Origin: an uncultured cyanobacterium
GTDB taxonomy: Bacteria > Cyanobacteriota > Cyanobacteriia > Cyanobacteriales > Cyanobacteriaceae
Assembly: GCA_963710605.1 (NCBI GenBank)
Contig: CAVQBA010000004.1
Coordinates: 96,001 to 160,000, forward strand
Reading direction: 5' to 3'
Length of the DNA stretch: 64,000 nucleotides
Shown: positions 21,133 through 31,607 of the stretch, in pieces
How the letters are laid out: each line of letters begins with the position of its first letter
Numbering within the stretch: position 1 is the first letter of the stretch
Position numbers and translations under genes: made by a program
Notes under the pieces: generated by a model
Told to the model about the DNA's origin: nothing
Databases searched by the model: none
What the model saw: only the letters and a program-made list of their open reading frames with translations

Positions 21133-22154
21133 CTCTTTATTAAGTTTCGCATATTCCAACGAGAGCGTAATTCTTCGATGTGCATATTTTTTTCCTCTTT
21201 TTTCAGATGTCTTGGGCTACTTTCAAATGATAAAGAAGAGGGTAGATTATCTTCTCCATATTCAGCTTTGATAAAATCATAAATTTCCTCGTAGCTAGGA
21301 GAAAAAGTTTCTTCGGTATCAGATTCTGCTATTTCGACAAAACTACGACTTCTGAATGTTTTAGAAAATAACCCTGTACCATCATCAAAAAATCTTTCTG
21401 TAGTTGCTCCATATGCTTCGTAAGGATAGTAAGATAACTCTTCAGGTGATTTTTGTGATACCCACGAAACATAACACCAATATTCGCTATAAGTGCCAAA
21501 TTCATTAGCCGATCGCATCATCAATTTCAACCAATTTTCCTCAGATTGATAGTATTTTTGAACTTGACTAGCAAAAGATTTGAGATGTTCTTGTTTAAAC
21601 CACATATGATGAGGGATAAAAGTTCCTTCACGATGTAATAAACCTTCAACTCCTAACACGGTATTAATCCATTTTTCCCATTTACCAACAATACTTGGAT
21701 TACCCCAACCGTTATGTTGAATCAAGGCAAATTTGTGTTTAATTTGGTTATCTTCTTCTTGAATTAATGGCCAAGTAGCCACAGGTAACAAATCGCTATC
21801 CCAGACAAGATACCATTCGCTTAGATCATCGATCGCTTCAAAAGCACCTAATTTTAATAATTGTTGATAAAACCAACCTGGAGTATATAAAGATTCACCT
21901 AAATCTAACTCCGCACAAATTTGGTCTTTTGTCAACCCACAATTGGCTTCAAAAAAAACTTCTTCAGGATGAACGGATAAAGGTGCAGTATCCCATTGCT
22001 GTGATAATTTTTCTAAAGCCTCAGCTTGTTCTTTTGGGGCTACTACATGAATCGATCGAGGTTGATAATTTTTAGTTAAGCCTTCTAATACAGCTCTGGT
22101 ATTCCAACGAATACGATACAAAGGAATGACGATATCGAAAATTTCAGATGACAT
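21123..22154 (-). CDS. Glycosyltransferase-like protein (DUF6492-like)
   Basis: DIVIP N-terminal strand, GWFYQQLLKL, DxD motif (VWDSD), FIPHHM and SEYW. Resembles a GT-A fold. Confidence 0.6.
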   Translation of the reverse strand: MSSEIFDIVIPLYRIRWNTRAVLEGLTKNYQPRSIHVVAPKEQAEALEKLSQQWDTAPLSVHPEEVFFEANCGLTKDQICAELDLGESLYTPGWFYQQLLKLGAFEAIDDLSEWYLVWDSDLLPVATWPLIQEEDNQIKHKFALIQHNGWGNPSIVGKWEKWINTVLGVEGLLHREGTFIPHHMWFKQEHLKSFASQVQKYYQSEENWLKLMMRSANEFGTYSEYWCYVSWVSQKSPEELSYYPYEAYGATTERFFDDGTGLFSKTFRSRSFVEIAESDTEETFSPSYEEIYDFIKAEYGEDNLPSSLSFESSPRHLKKEEKNMHIEELRSRWNMRNLIKSKE

Positions 22155-22159
22155 AGGTT

Positions 22160-22532
22160 TGATAGTTGATAGTTGATAGTTGATATAGCGTTTCCCATAC
22201 TTGTGAAGTACAGTTAGCGATCGACAAGTCCCCAGACATAAAAGCGAAGCATCTGCTTATCTTCCCCCGAACGCGCGGGGGATAGAGGGGGATAGGGATT
22301 TAGGGGGATCTATATGTACCTCGTAATGGTGATAGTTGATAGTTGATAGTTGATATAGCAGTAAAGGAAGGAATTAATTAAGACATTTATCTATTAAAGT
22401 CTCCCCTTTTAAGGGGAGATTTAGAGGGGTTGTACACAGATAAAAAACGTCCTAACTATCTCGCTCACTACTAAAAGTTGAAACTTTCAAAAAATAAAAG
22501 TCCCCCTTACAAAGGGGGATTTAGGGGGATTA
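22160..22532. repeat. Cluster of STRR repeats and nested REP/MITE-like palindromic elements
   Basis: The 30-mer TGATAGTTGATAGTTGATAGTTGATATAGC occurs at 22160 and 22330. Three AAGTC(T)CCCC...GGGG(A)GATTTAG(A/G)GGG units. Confidence 0.75.
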
Positions 22533-22551
22533 ATCTATATTTAATTATTAA

Positions 22552-24309
22552 TTATCCAACAGTAGATAATTCCTCAGTTTCTTGAGGTGAAGCAATGCTA
22601 TTACCGACGGTTGAAGGATCTTCTAAGCCAACATCACTACAAAGAGGATCGATTCCTAAACCATTACGAAGATATCCTTCGCAGAATTCTTGGTATTCAT
22701 CAATATAAGCAAATAATTGCTCTTGAGTCATGGTATTAAGATAACCACATTGACCAATTTCTCCTTGAGGTAAAGGTGCGGCTAAGTTTTGACCACGTTT
22801 TTCAACGATTTTAACTTGAGCTGACCATACTGTTTCTTTGTTTAATAAAATGTCGTGCCATAAACTTAAACCAAAAGTACTGATTAAGTTCATAATTCGA
22901 TCGCAATCTTCTTTACTAATCCAATCCAAACGATAACTTAAATAGGCACCAAAGCCCATACCGATAGCCACAGCATGACCATGTAATAAACCTGCTTCAA
23001 TTTCAAAACCAGGAGACCAAGTATGTCCGTAAGCATGAGGACGACATTGGTGAGTTTCGTAAAGGTTGTCATATTCAGAAGCGACATAACTACGTAAAGC
23101 AAAAGCCAAAATTCTTTGGGAAAGTTGATTGATTTCGTCTTCTGGTTCACAGTTGATTGTACCAAAGGCTGTATTAACAATCTCAAGTCCACCTTTTTCC
23201 AGACAGTCAAATAATTCTTTGTCTTTGACTACCGCCATTTTAATCATTTCAGCAATTCCATGGCGCAACCAACCTGTACGTAAGGTTTTGAAGAAATGAC
23301 GATCGGTAATTGAGACAACAGGAGGGTGATAAGCACCAAATAAGTTTTTGTAACCAAAACCATCGCAACAAGTACGAGGAGAGGGACCCGCATCAATACC
23401 TGCAACGATCGAAGTCGATAGCATTGCATAAGGAGTATTACGGTGATATAAAGCACAAGCAAGTCCGCCTGTATCTGTTAAAACACCACCACCGACGATT
23501 AAAACAGGTTCGTTACGAGAAACACCTAAGCGTTTAAAGTCACCTAACATTCTTTCAACGGTAGAGATACCTTTATCTACTTCCATTGCTCGATAAACTA
23601 ATTTATCTAGTTTAATATTATGATATTCAAAATAATGTTCGATTTGTTCACCAAAATAGCCTTCTACGTTTTGGTCAACCAAACAAACACAACGCCCGAT
23701 GGGAAGGTACATATCCTTCAATATAGGCTGTTCTGGGTCAAGACAGTTATCAATGAGTTTTACTGAAGTAAAGGTACTAGAACTCATTACTGCTTGAATA
23801 TTGGTATAATCTTCGTTACTTTCGACAAATCCACGACTCTCACGGTAACTTGAAGTTGGATAAATAGCGTGAGGATGTTCAATTACTAATTTGTCAGCTA
23901 ATTCTTGATAATATTCTCCTTTCTCACCCTTGATTAAATTATCTAAAAGTTTTGTTTTAGCGATTGACGATCGGTGAACTCGATTAGCAAATGTGTACCA
24001 TTCATCTCCTACTTCCTTGTCAAAGGCACAAATAAGCTCACATAAAGTGGCGAAAAAACTACTAATGGTGAAATTTAAACAACTCCTTAAACTGCGACAA
24101 GCAGATATACCCTCGATCGCATTCTCTACTGCGAATTCCTTGCCAAGCTCCTCGGAAAATGCAGGGCTATTAATCAGTGCAATCAGTAAGTTTTTCAAAT
24201 TGTCACTACTACTAATTGCGTTGACAGCTTTCTTTAAATCCTGAAATTTTAAAGTTTCACTATCATGCGCCTGGATAAAAGCTCTAATCGCTGATGTGGT
24301 CTTTGTCAT
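22552..24309 (-). CDS. Sedoheptulose-7-phosphate cyclase (MysA/DDGS-like, DHQS superfamily) with ~170-aa N-terminal extension
   Basis: IVGGGVLTDTGG, TSIVAGIDAG, YKNLFGAYHPP, EMIKMA, AYGHTWSP and LLHGHAV motifs. Confidence 0.85.
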   Translation of the reverse strand: MTKTTSAIRAFIQAHDSETLKFQDLKKAVNAISSSDNLKNLLIALINSPAFSEELGKEFAVENAIEGISACRSLRSCLNFTISSFFATLCELICAFDKEVGDEWYTFANRVHRSSIAKTKLLDNLIKGEKGEYYQELADKLVIEHPHAIYPTSSYRESRGFVESNEDYTNIQAVMSSSTFTSVKLIDNCLDPEQPILKDMYLPIGRCVCLVDQNVEGYFGEQIEHYFEYHNIKLDKLVYRAMEVDKGISTVERMLGDFKRLGVSRNEPVLIVGGGVLTDTGGLACALYHRNTPYAMLSTSIVAGIDAGPSPRTCCDGFGYKNLFGAYHPPVVSITDRHFFKTLRTGWLRHGIAEMIKMAVVKDKELFDCLEKGGLEIVNTAFGTINCEPEDEINQLSQRILAFALRSYVASEYDNLYETHQCRPHAYGHTWSPGFEIEAGLLHGHAVAIGMGFGAYLSYRLDWISKEDCDRIMNLISTFGLSLWHDILLNKETVWSAQVKIVEKRGQNLAAPLPQGEIGQCGYLNTMTQEQLFAYIDEYQEFCEGYLRNGLGIDPLCSDVGLEDPSTVGNSIASPQETEELSTVG

Positions 24310-24916
24310 TAGTATTCTTAATCCGAGTAATTTTTATTCTATGTTGCAATTATTATATCAATTTATGTTGAGAATTGTAACATTTATCACAGTTTTCTGA
24401 ATAAATATGTAGAAAATAGATATAAAGTGCTATATTTGCTAATTTTTCTCTCTAAATTTAATAATTATACATATAGTACATAGTATAACAAAAGAATAGT
24501 TAATAATTAATTCTCCATTGATATCCTTTACAACATATGCTAATAAATGATTTGGTATATATAGTATTGATGGAGTTGAAGCAGGTAGTAATATTGGTAT
24601 TATCTCTAATCCATTAGGAGATAATCTAGTTAATAATGTATCGTTTATCACTCAAATCTATTCCACTCAAATCCATCCCCGAAAAATCAGAAAAACTTAA
24701 ATTTCTTTATCCATCAGAATAGATTCTGATTAAATTTTCTTTAGTGAAATTAACCATGGCTAAAACTCTCTAATTATTAACCAACTCAATAAAGAAATAG
24801 AAACCACTTTTTTTGTCACAGCTATTGAGGCAGGAAATAACAGCTTTATTTCTAGCTGGTCAGTAGAACAAAATAACCAGCTTCGTAGCTAGTTTTATTA
24901 TTTGTTATTATTTAAA

Positions 24917-24988
24917 CTCCCCGAGTAGGATTCGAACCTACGACCGATCGGTTAACAGCCGATTGCTCTACCACTGAGCTATCGAGGA
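24917..24988 (-). tRNA. tRNA-Asn (GTT)
   Basis: TCCTCGATAGCTCAGTGGTAGAGCAATCGGCTGTTAACCGATCGGTCGTAGGTTCGAATCCTACTCGGGGAG forms a cloverleaf with GTT anticodon. CCA not encoded. Confidence 0.97.
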
Positions 24989-25118
24989 AAGTTGTTTAAC
25001 ACTATTACTTATTATAGCGATGCTTTTTTAAAAATGCAAGGGTAAAATTAAAAATTATTTAATTTAATTAATCTTAATAAGTTGCGAGGGATATTCTCCC
25101 CCTCAAAACTATTAATAA

Positions 25119-26723
25119 TTACAAACTAAAACCAATACCTAAACGAGCCGCTAAACTAGGAGTTATGGGAATAATGGTAATCAAAGCCAAAAGTAGTAAA
25201 AGTAATCCTAAGCCGGCACGAGTGTCGTTTGGCTCGGTTAATTCGTTTAAACTAGGACGCTCTAAGTCTCTTTGTAAGAATAAAATTACGATCGCCCAGT
25301 AAAAGACTAAAGAATTAATCGGGTTAAATAAACTAACTAAAGCAAGTATAACTAAAGTACCAATAGTAGTTCGCCGACAAGTCTTTCTCCCAAAAATAGC
25401 TTGAACTATTCTACCTCCATCTAATTGCCCCGCAGGTAACAAGTTAATGGCTGTAATTACCAAACCTAACCAACCCAAAATTGCTAAAGGGTGAATTGAG
25501 GTTAATTGTGCTTCTAAATTAGATTGTAAAAATAACTTAGCTAAAATACCCACCAAAATTGAACCTTGAAAAAAATTAGTTGGTATTTCTAAACCCGTCG
25601 CTGTTGTTGAAAGATTTAAACCTAAAAACAACATAAATAGGGAGAAAACAAAGCCTGTAGCTGGTCCTGCAAAGGCGATATCGAACAATACACTACGGTT
25701 AGGAATCAATGATTCAAAACGAGTTATCGCCCCAAAACTACCAATCTGAATCGAAGGTAAGAAAAAAGGTAAACTTATTTTAACATTGTTTTTTGCCCCC
25801 ACTACTCGGTGAGCAATTTCATGGGCGATTAAAATAATCCATAAACCCGTGACTAATGGTAATACTTCAGGATAACGATTCCATTGTCCGACTAAATCAA
25901 AGCCTAACAATAAAGCGATCGCTTCACAAGTAGTAAAAATAGTTGATAAGAATAAAACTAAAGCTAAGTTTTTTTGAGCTAAAGTTAAAGGCTGAGGATC
26001 ATTTTTACTAGGTAAAACAATCACAACAGGTTTTTCTTCTGGAGTTTCGACTAAAAATAAACGATATTTTTCCGCCATTTTAGCGGTTAATCTTTCGGTT
26101 AAGTGTTGATGAGTATATTCAGCATCTCCCCGTAAATTACCTTTAAAAATAACTCCTTCTTGATAAGGAATAGTTTCGGTTGCAAAAAAAGTATCAATCC
26201 CAAAAATAGTTTTAATTTGGCTAACATCCTCATCAGGAATCTTGACAAAATCTTCAGGTAATTGCCCTACGGTAACTGAAAAAATCTTTTTATTTTGATT
26301 ATCTTCGGGTGTTACGTTTTGATTTTCACTCGTCGTCGTTTTTTCTAATTGATTATCGGTTGAAGTTTCCTTATTTAGGTTGACTGGTTTTTCTGATTCT
26401 TCGATCGCTTTTTTAGCTAAATCAGTAATTGTTTGCGAGTTACCAATTTTGTCTTGAGCTTTTTGCCTAATTAGGTTGCCGATATAGATATAAAAAGTGG
26501 CTGAAATGACAAGTAAAGCGACGACACCGATTAGATTAATATAAATCCCCGTCACCAGAAGGGCAAAAAAGACAAACCAAGGTGTCATTAAGGTTAGAGA
26601 CTGTAACCAAGCTAAGATACCTATCTCACCGTAGGGTTTAGCTCGGTTGTAACCGAAAACTACTATCAAAACTGCGATCGTACACACAGCTAAGATAGGG
26701 ATATTGTTGGATAGATTTACCAT
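25119..26723 (-). CDS. Site-2 protease (peptidase M50) membrane metalloprotease
   Basis: HEIAH zinc motif, IAFAGP and NLLPAGQLDGGRI. Multiple TM helices. Confidence 0.92.
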   Translation of the reverse strand: MVNLSNNIPILAVCTIAVLIVVFGYNRAKPYGEIGILAWLQSLTLMTPWFVFFALLVTGIYINLIGVVALLVISATFYIYIGNLIRQKAQDKIGNSQTITDLAKKAIEESEKPVNLNKETSTDNQLEKTTTSENQNVTPEDNQNKKIFSVTVGQLPEDFVKIPDEDVSQIKTIFGIDTFFATETIPYQEGVIFKGNLRGDAEYTHQHLTERLTAKMAEKYRLFLVETPEEKPVVIVLPSKNDPQPLTLAQKNLALVLFLSTIFTTCEAIALLLGFDLVGQWNRYPEVLPLVTGLWIILIAHEIAHRVVGAKNNVKISLPFFLPSIQIGSFGAITRFESLIPNRSVLFDIAFAGPATGFVFSLFMLFLGLNLSTTATGLEIPTNFFQGSILVGILAKLFLQSNLEAQLTSIHPLAILGWLGLVITAINLLPAGQLDGGRIVQAIFGRKTCRRTTIGTLVILALVSLFNPINSLVFYWAIVILFLQRDLERPSLNELTEPNDTRAGLGLLLLLLALITIIPITPSLAARLGIGFSL

Positions 26724-26770
26724 CTTAGTTATAAAAAATTTTAGTAATAAAAGTGCTGTTGATGATTTGT

Positions 26771-27676
26771 TTATTCAGCTAAAGCCCGACGTAAATCACC
26801 GTCATTTTTTTCTAACAGGATTTGAGCTTCGTCTTTATTTTTCTGACTCCAGTGCATCAATAATGCTAATTTTACCTTAGATCCACTAGCGGATAACAGA
26901 GCTGATGCTTTTTCCCGATCTAAATCGGTTAAATCGCTCACAATTCTTAATGCTCTATCTTCTAATTTACTATTTGTCACAGACACATCTATCATCCGAT
27001 TGCCATATACTTTACCTAATTTTACCATTACCCCTGTGGAGATAATATTTAACGCCATCTTGGTTACTGTACCAGCTTTTAGACGTGTTGATCCTGCTAG
27101 TATTTCTGCTCCTGTCAGTAAACGGATATCAATATCAGCTTCGATGGGTACTTGCTCGGCTGGTACACAACTCATAGCGACGGTGGTAGCACCATTTTCT
27201 TTTGCTTGTCTTAATGCCCCATGTACGTAAGGAGTTGTCCCTCCTGCTGTAATACCTATAACTACATCGAATTGATTAATCTGATTTTCTCTGATTATTT
27301 TTGCTCCGTCTTCGGGTAAGTCTTCTAGTGCCTCGGAGCTTTTTACTAAAGCTTTTGCTCCTCCTGCTAATATGCCTTGTACCATCTCAGGAGGACTACA
27401 GAAGGTGGGGGGACATTCAGCCGCATCTAGTACTCCTAAACGTCCGCTAGTACCCGCTCCGATATAAAACAATCGACCACCTTGCTTAATTCCGTTAGCG
27501 GTTGCTTCGATCGTTTTTGCTATTTCTTCTCTAGCAGAGGCGATCGCTTCGATCGTTTTGTAGTCTTCTTGATTAAATAAATCAACGATTTCAAGAGAAG
27601 AAAGTTGATCTAAATTGGCACTGTTACTATTAATTTGTTCGGTTAAAAGATGTCCTCGGTTTGTAGAAGAAGGCAT
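26771..27676 (-). CDS. murQ: N-acetylmuramic acid 6-phosphate etherase
   Basis: GAGTSGRLGVLDAAECPPTF, GSTRLKAGT and GKVYGNRMIDV motifs. Confidence 0.96.
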   Translation of the reverse strand: MPSSTNRGHLLTEQINSNSANLDQLSSLEIVDLFNQEDYKTIEAIASAREEIAKTIEATANGIKQGGRLFYIGAGTSGRLGVLDAAECPPTFCSPPEMVQGILAGGAKALVKSSEALEDLPEDGAKIIRENQINQFDVVIGITAGGTTPYVHGALRQAKENGATTVAMSCVPAEQVPIEADIDIRLLTGAEILAGSTRLKAGTVTKMALNIISTGVMVKLGKVYGNRMIDVSVTNSKLEDRALRIVSDLTDLDREKASALLSASGSKVKLALLMHWSQKNKDEAQILLEKNDGDLRRALAE

Positions 27677-27941
27677 AATAATTTGGTTAATACAAAATGA
27701 AAGTTATTTTCTTTTACCATATAAGTTAATGTTTTATCGATCGAGTGTTAAAAATAAATAAACAACGAATGAAAGAAATAATACTATCATTGGTAGAATT
27801 TATAGTTTTTTTAAATACTTATTTCCGTCCTATATTTTAGAAATAATTTAATCAATATCTCGTAATTAGTTTTAACCTATTTGCATCAAAAAAGTATCGG
27901 GGAATAATATATTATTAACTCATCCATTAAAATAAATACTT

Positions 27942-29996
27942 ATGAAAGCGAGTGAAAATAAGGTAGAAGAATTCTTATCATTAAATAAGACGCAGTTTGT
28001 AATTCCTATATATCAAAGAAATTATGATTGGTCAAAAACTGAATGTAAAAAACTTTTGGACGATATATTAGAAGTTAGTACTAGTGAACAAACAAGCCCT
28101 CACTTTATTGGAAGTATTGTTTACGTTCATGATAGTGCTTATACTACCCAAAGGATCAAAGAATTTGTTGTTATTGATGGGCAACAAAGATTAACAACTT
28201 TAACCTTAATTTATTTAGTTCTATACAGACTAGCAAAAGAACTAAATGACGAAAATCTTGTTGATGAAATCGCCGAAACATATTTAATTAATAAATTTGC
28301 TACCGAAACAGATAACCTCAAATTACATCTGACAGAGAATAATGATAAAGCTTTAAAATACCTTTTTAGAAGTGACACAAAAGAAGAGTTTTCAGACTTT
28401 TCTAAGTTGATTGATAATTTTAATTATTTTAAAGGGCGAATTACAGAAGAAAATTATCAACTTGTTCAAAAAGGATTGTCTCAATTGATGTTTGTTGAAA
28501 TATCATTAGATAAAGACAAAGATAATCCACAAAGGATTTTTGAAAGTCTTAATTCAACGGGGTTAGAACTTTCACAAGCCGATTTAATACGTAACTATAT
28601 CCTAATGGGTTTAAACCGTAAAGATATAGGTATAATTTATCGAGATTATTGGGAAATTATTGAAAAACTAGCTCAAGATGAAACTAAAAATGTCACTAAA
28701 TTATCTGATTTTATCAGAGACTATTTAACCCTAGAAAATAAAAGTATCCCAACGAAGAAGAAAGTTTATGAAACATTTAAAGCTAAATATCCTCAACCTT
28801 CGATGGAGGAACTTGAATCTAATTTATCTAAAATTAAAAATTTAGCAAAGTATTATAACAAACTGATTAATTTCACAAAGGAAAATGACGAAGATATTCG
28901 TTTTCAACTGCAAAATATTAATCGTCTTGAAATCAACGTAGCTTATCCTTTTTTGATGCAAGTTTATGATGATTACGCTAATTCAATTATTGATAAATCA
29001 ACATTTATCGAAATTTTAGAATTAATTCAGTCATTCACTTGGCGTAGATTTATCGTCGGATTAGGAACAAATTCACTTAACAAAGTTTTTATGAATTTGT
29101 ACGATAAAGTTGATTCTTCAAACTATTTGTTTTCTATTCAAAAATCTTTATTAGAAAAATCTGTAACTCAAAGATTTCCCAAAGATGCAGAAGTGGTGGA
29201 TGCTTTAAAAGTAAAAGATGTTTATAACATTCAATCCAAAAATAAAGTTTACTTACTTGAAAGACTAGAAAATTACGACAACAACGAACTAGTTTCAATT
29301 ATTGATAACCCTAAAATTACTGTCGAACATATTTTTCCTCAAAATCCAAATAGACAATGGAAAATAGATTTAGAAGAAAGTGAATATATTTATATCAAAG
29401 ATAACTACTTACATACGATTGCAAATCTGACGCTATCAGGAAATAATGGAAAACTAGGAAACAAATCTTTTTTAGAAAAAAGAGATCTTAAATCTGTAGG
29501 ATATAAAGACAGTCGATTATGGTTAAATAAATATTTATCTCAAGTTGAAAAATGGGATTGAGAAGAAATTGAAAAACGTTTTGAACATATAGCTAAAAGA
29601 TTTTTGCAAATATGGAGTTATCCTGATATTTCTATTGAAGAGGAAGTTGAAAATCAAGAAGTGAATATTTTTGAAGCACAAGATCCTACAAACAAAAAAC
29701 TAGAATACGCTATTTTTCTCGATCGTAAAATTGAAGTTAATCAGGTATCTCAACTTTATCTAGAAGTACTCAAACAACTTTTTGAATTGCGACCTGAAAC
29801 ATTTTTTACAACAGACTTAGCAGAAAGAGTAAGATTAACCAAAAATCCGAAAGAAGTTAATTTAAGAAAGGCACATCCGATTAATGATACTTATTTTGTT
29901 GAAGTAAATTTGGATAGTGTAGGTAAATTTGACAGAATTAAACAAGCTTTGGAAATTTTTGATTTTGAAGATGAGCTTATTATTAAATATGCTTAA
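27942..29996 (+). pseudogene. DUF262-DUF1524 (GmrSD-like) nuclease with C-terminal domain, in-frame TGA at 29559-29561
   Basis: IPIYQRNYDW, IDGQQRLTT, FESLNSTG, VEHIFPQ and NLTL..NN motifs. The frame continues past the TGA (EEIEKRFEHIAKRFLQIWSYP) into ORF 29604..29996. Confidence 0.85.
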
Positions 29997-30048
29997 AAAT
30001 ATTTAATCTTATCTCAACAAGTACGTAATTCACTTGCGACTAATAATT

Positions 30049-30083
30049 AAAAAAAAATGGACAACTGTCAAACAATTGCCCAT
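30049..30083 (-). terminator. Intrinsic terminator after crhR (possibly bidirectional)
   Basis: Minus strand ATGGGCAATTGT-TTG-ACAGTTGTCCAT followed by a T-run. Confidence 0.65.
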
Positions 30084-30117
30084 CTATAAAAAAATTAAAA
30101 TTTAACGGTTTGAGAAA

Positions 30118-31607
30118 TTAACCTCTTAATTTGATCGATCGATCGAAGTTACCGCCAGAACCACCTTTTTTGTAAGGTTTACGACTACTACCGTTACGTG
30201 AAGAGTATTTGCGTCCGCCTCCACCAGAGTATTTTCTGCCTCTGCCTCTGCCGCCGCCTAGATCTGGCTTATTAGAAGCAGGAGGTGGTACTTCCCAATC
30301 TTCTTGTAACCATGCAGGACAGTTTTGATCATAAAGAATTTGTAACGCCGCCGCCGCTATAGTGGCAGGATCGTATTCTTCTTGCAAATTTTTGACCATT
30401 GGTAAGAAGGATGCTAGTCTTTCTCCTACTAAAGAGCCTTTAATTTGGGTGGTGAGTTTTTCCATCCGTTTGGCTTCTACTACCGAACGGTTAGGAATGG
30501 TTTCTACAGGAATAGTTTGACGTACACGACGCTCAATTTGGCGTAATAAACGACGATCGCTAGGTTCTACTAAGGCGATCGCTTTACCGTCTTTTCCTGC
30601 TCTTCCTGTACGTCCGATACGGTGAATATAAGTTTCACTATTATCTGGTAAATCAAAGTTAAAGACGTGAGTCAAGTCAGAAACATCAAGTCCACGAGCG
30701 GCGATGTCTGTTGCTACTACTACTTTAACTTGTCCATCTCGCCAACGTTGAATTAAACGTTCTCGTTGAGATTGACTCAAGTCACCATGATACTCATCAA
30801 CACTATAACCAGATTCTTGTAATTTACTGGTTAATTCAGAAGCTGTACGTTTTGTACGTACGAAGACGATCGCACTTTGGGGATTTCTACTTCTAAAATA
30901 GGTTGAATAGATTTAATTTTTGACCAACCACGAGGCACCATATAAACAGTTTGTTCAATACTAGAAGGTGTATCTTGTGGTTTTTCTCCAGTCACGTTAA
31001 CAGGAGAATTCATGAATTCGTTAACTAATTGCTTAATCTCACGAGGCATAGTCGCAGAGAAACAAGTAGTTTGACGAACATCACCAGTTTGAGAAAGAAT
31101 TTCTTTAACATCATCAATAAAACCCATGCTAAGCATTTCATCGGCTTCATCTAAGACGGCGTAACGTAAATCTCTTAAGGATAAATGACCACGATTAAGT
31201 AAATCAATTATTCTTCCTGGTGTACCAACAACCATATGAACGCCTTTTTGTAAGAAGCGAATTTGACGCTCCATAGATTGCCCACCATATACGGTTTGGA
31301 CAAAGATTCGTTGACGCCCGATTAAATCTTTAAGTGCTTGTGCAACTTGTTGTGCTAATTCACGAGTAGGAGTTAAAATCAACGCCTGTACTCTTTTATC
31401 AGATTGATCAATACCATCTAAAATGGGTAAAGAATAAGCGGCAGTTTTACCTGTACCAGTTTGAGATTGCCCCACCACATCTCTTCCGGCTATCAACTCA
31501 GGGATAGCTAATGTTTGTATTTTTGTGGGAGTATCAAAACCAATTGTTTCTAATTGGTTAACTAAATTTTCTGAAAGTCCTAAACTTGCGAAGGAAGTAT
31601 TCGTCAT
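30118..31607 (-). pseudogene. crhR: DEAD-box RNA helicase CrhR with a 1-nt frameshift near 30885 (likely sequencing error)
   Basis: QTGTGKT, PTRELA, TPGR, DEAD, SAT, ARGLD and HRIGRTGR motifs. Adding one base restores PQSAIVFVRTKRTASEL...EYHGDLSQ, joining the two ORFs. Downstream of rimO, as in Synechocystis. Confidence 0.9.

Noticed and set aside
21055-21282. 75-aa ORF as a real protein
   Set aside because: Only the first 8 codons look genuine. The rest is STRR translation (SPYSLLLTPYSLL) and antisense overlap.
22160-22532. CRISPR array
   Set aside because: Repeats are heptamer STRRs and palindromes without regular unique spacers, and no cas genes are present.
24917-24988. tRNA-Asn as the integration site of a genomic island
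   Set aside because: No integrase and no duplicated tRNA 3' end was noticed in the window.
18030-29561. TGA reassignment (genetic code 4/25) or selenocysteine
   Set aside because: TGA ends the RelE, TPR and Rieske genes at expected positions, Trp is encoded by TGG, and the positions are not catalytic Cys sites.
14558-30886. Programmed ribosomal frameshifting in icd or crhR
   Set aside because: No slippery heptamer or stimulatory structure at either site, and both genes are normally continuous. Single-base loss in short runs is the simpler explanation.
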